A DNA stretch of 64,000 nucleotides from Phoronis australis (taxonomy: Eukaryota; Animalia; Phoronida): assembly GCA_002633005.1 (NCBI GenBank), contig NMRA01000185.1, positions 659,297-723,296 on the forward strand. Direction: 5' to 3'. Position 1 is the stretch's first letter. Each line of letters begins with the position of its first letter. The position numbers and the translations under genes are program-made. This document shows, in pieces, positions 62,661-64,000 of this stretch. Below the pieces are notes generated by a model. The model was given only the letters and a program-made list of their open reading frames with translations. It did not search any database and was not told where the DNA came from.

Positions 62661-64000
62661 CCAAAAACCCAACAGCCCTTTTAAGGTCCACTCACTACTT
62701 CCCAATTGGGCTGTTTCACTTGAAGTTTTCTGCGCCTGAACATGACTTATAATTAACAAAATTAAATTATCTGTATTATTACTGTTTTACAATAAAAATG
62801 TATACCGTTACTAGACCTACACTGTAATTGGTACAATGCTAACACAAGAATTAATAATTAAGTTAGAATCGCGAACGAAATTCATTTTGCTTTCAGGCAC
62901 CACATGGGGTGTGACTGCACCAACACGGTTCAAGCTCTAACTTTACGTGCTTGAATGAAAGGTGACAAACGACACTAGCCTCACTTGGTTCCGGAAACAC
63001 TTTGAATCACGCAATTATAAATGAGTTCAGCATCGTTGCACAAAGCGACGAGATTAATGCGGATTTTCCTTCCACGCGTCTTGACATTATGACGCGTCGT
63101 TACCGAACCCTGTAAATGAATACACACAATCGCCAGTAGGTGTCAGGCATTCCTATGATATCACTGTACTGGTAACCAACTGGTGACAAAGTCGGCAAAA
63201 GAACTCTAACTTCAAAGTCAATTAATTGAAAATTATAGGTATGGCAAAATCAACAGCACAGATCAATTTCTATACGTATTGTGAACATGTGGATACTAAA
63301 ATCATGGTTCTACGTTGAAAATAAAGAAGTTATGGTGGTTTATATTGGGACTGCTACATCCGACGAGTGCCTTCCAGCCGTGAACTTGGAATTAGGCGGC
63401 TGTCTGTCACACAATCACAGAACAAGGCACTTGAGCTGAAATCTTTACTGAACCGGTAGGCTATGGAGAGAAAAGATTTCTAAAAAATCAAGATAAAGCT
63501 CCCGTGGCCTGGTCATGAATACTGGTTAGTACCGAGGAACTGGAATAAAAAATCATTTAAGGACTGTATTGTGATTACATGTTCCCTCAGTAATGCACCG
63601 GGCATTCAAGGTCATAGCCCTACGGCTACAGTGGCCATTTGAGTCGTATTGTTTCTGTTGCTGCCTATTCCGAAATAGATTTCAGGTACTGCTTAAAATG
63701 AGTGTGTTTTACCAACACGACACAGTTACAGGGCGTCTTGTGATAATAATGTTTTCTTTCGATCTGTTATGGTATGGTTGTTTAGATTGCAATGTGTATT
63801 TGGGGCAGTAAAAATTTTCCTCTTTTTCTCATGAGTCATTCCAAGCCTTGATGACCTCGTTTTGGAAATTGGGCACATTTTCGTGTCTCTCATTGATGTC
63901 ATGAAGACGAAAAATTTCAGATCATTCATCCACGCGAATTTGACCAGTTTATCAAACTTTCTCGCGTTGAAATTGCAACCCAAACCACAGCAGTCATACT

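Overview
AT-rich animal genomic DNA, probably a marine invertebrate (lophotrochozoan-like repeat repertoire; the species cannot be determined from the sequence). Only one intact cellular CDS is confidently recognisable: an intronless mitochondrial 2-oxodicarboxylate carrier (SLC25A21/ODC-like, 25771-26652, minus strand). Most of the rest is nested transposon material. It includes a Helentron/DINE-like element with a ~150-bp periodic array of CTCF-like motifs and a young 5'-truncated L1/Tx1 inside a 9-bp-TSD MITE. There are also a LOA/I-type LINE end and a 3'-truncated Gypsy with LTR and tRNA-Ser PBS. A decayed two-gene PIF/Harbinger element is invaded by a SINE, an L1 and a 7-bp-TSD DNA element. 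A Merlin transposase pseudogene, several MITEs and a 32-bp minisatellite complete the set. Splice-site patterns at 18.3-25.3 kb suggest overlapping sense and antisense small-exon transcripts, one possibly encoding a single-pass microprotein (low confidence). All calls come from reading the sequence by eye; no database searches were run.
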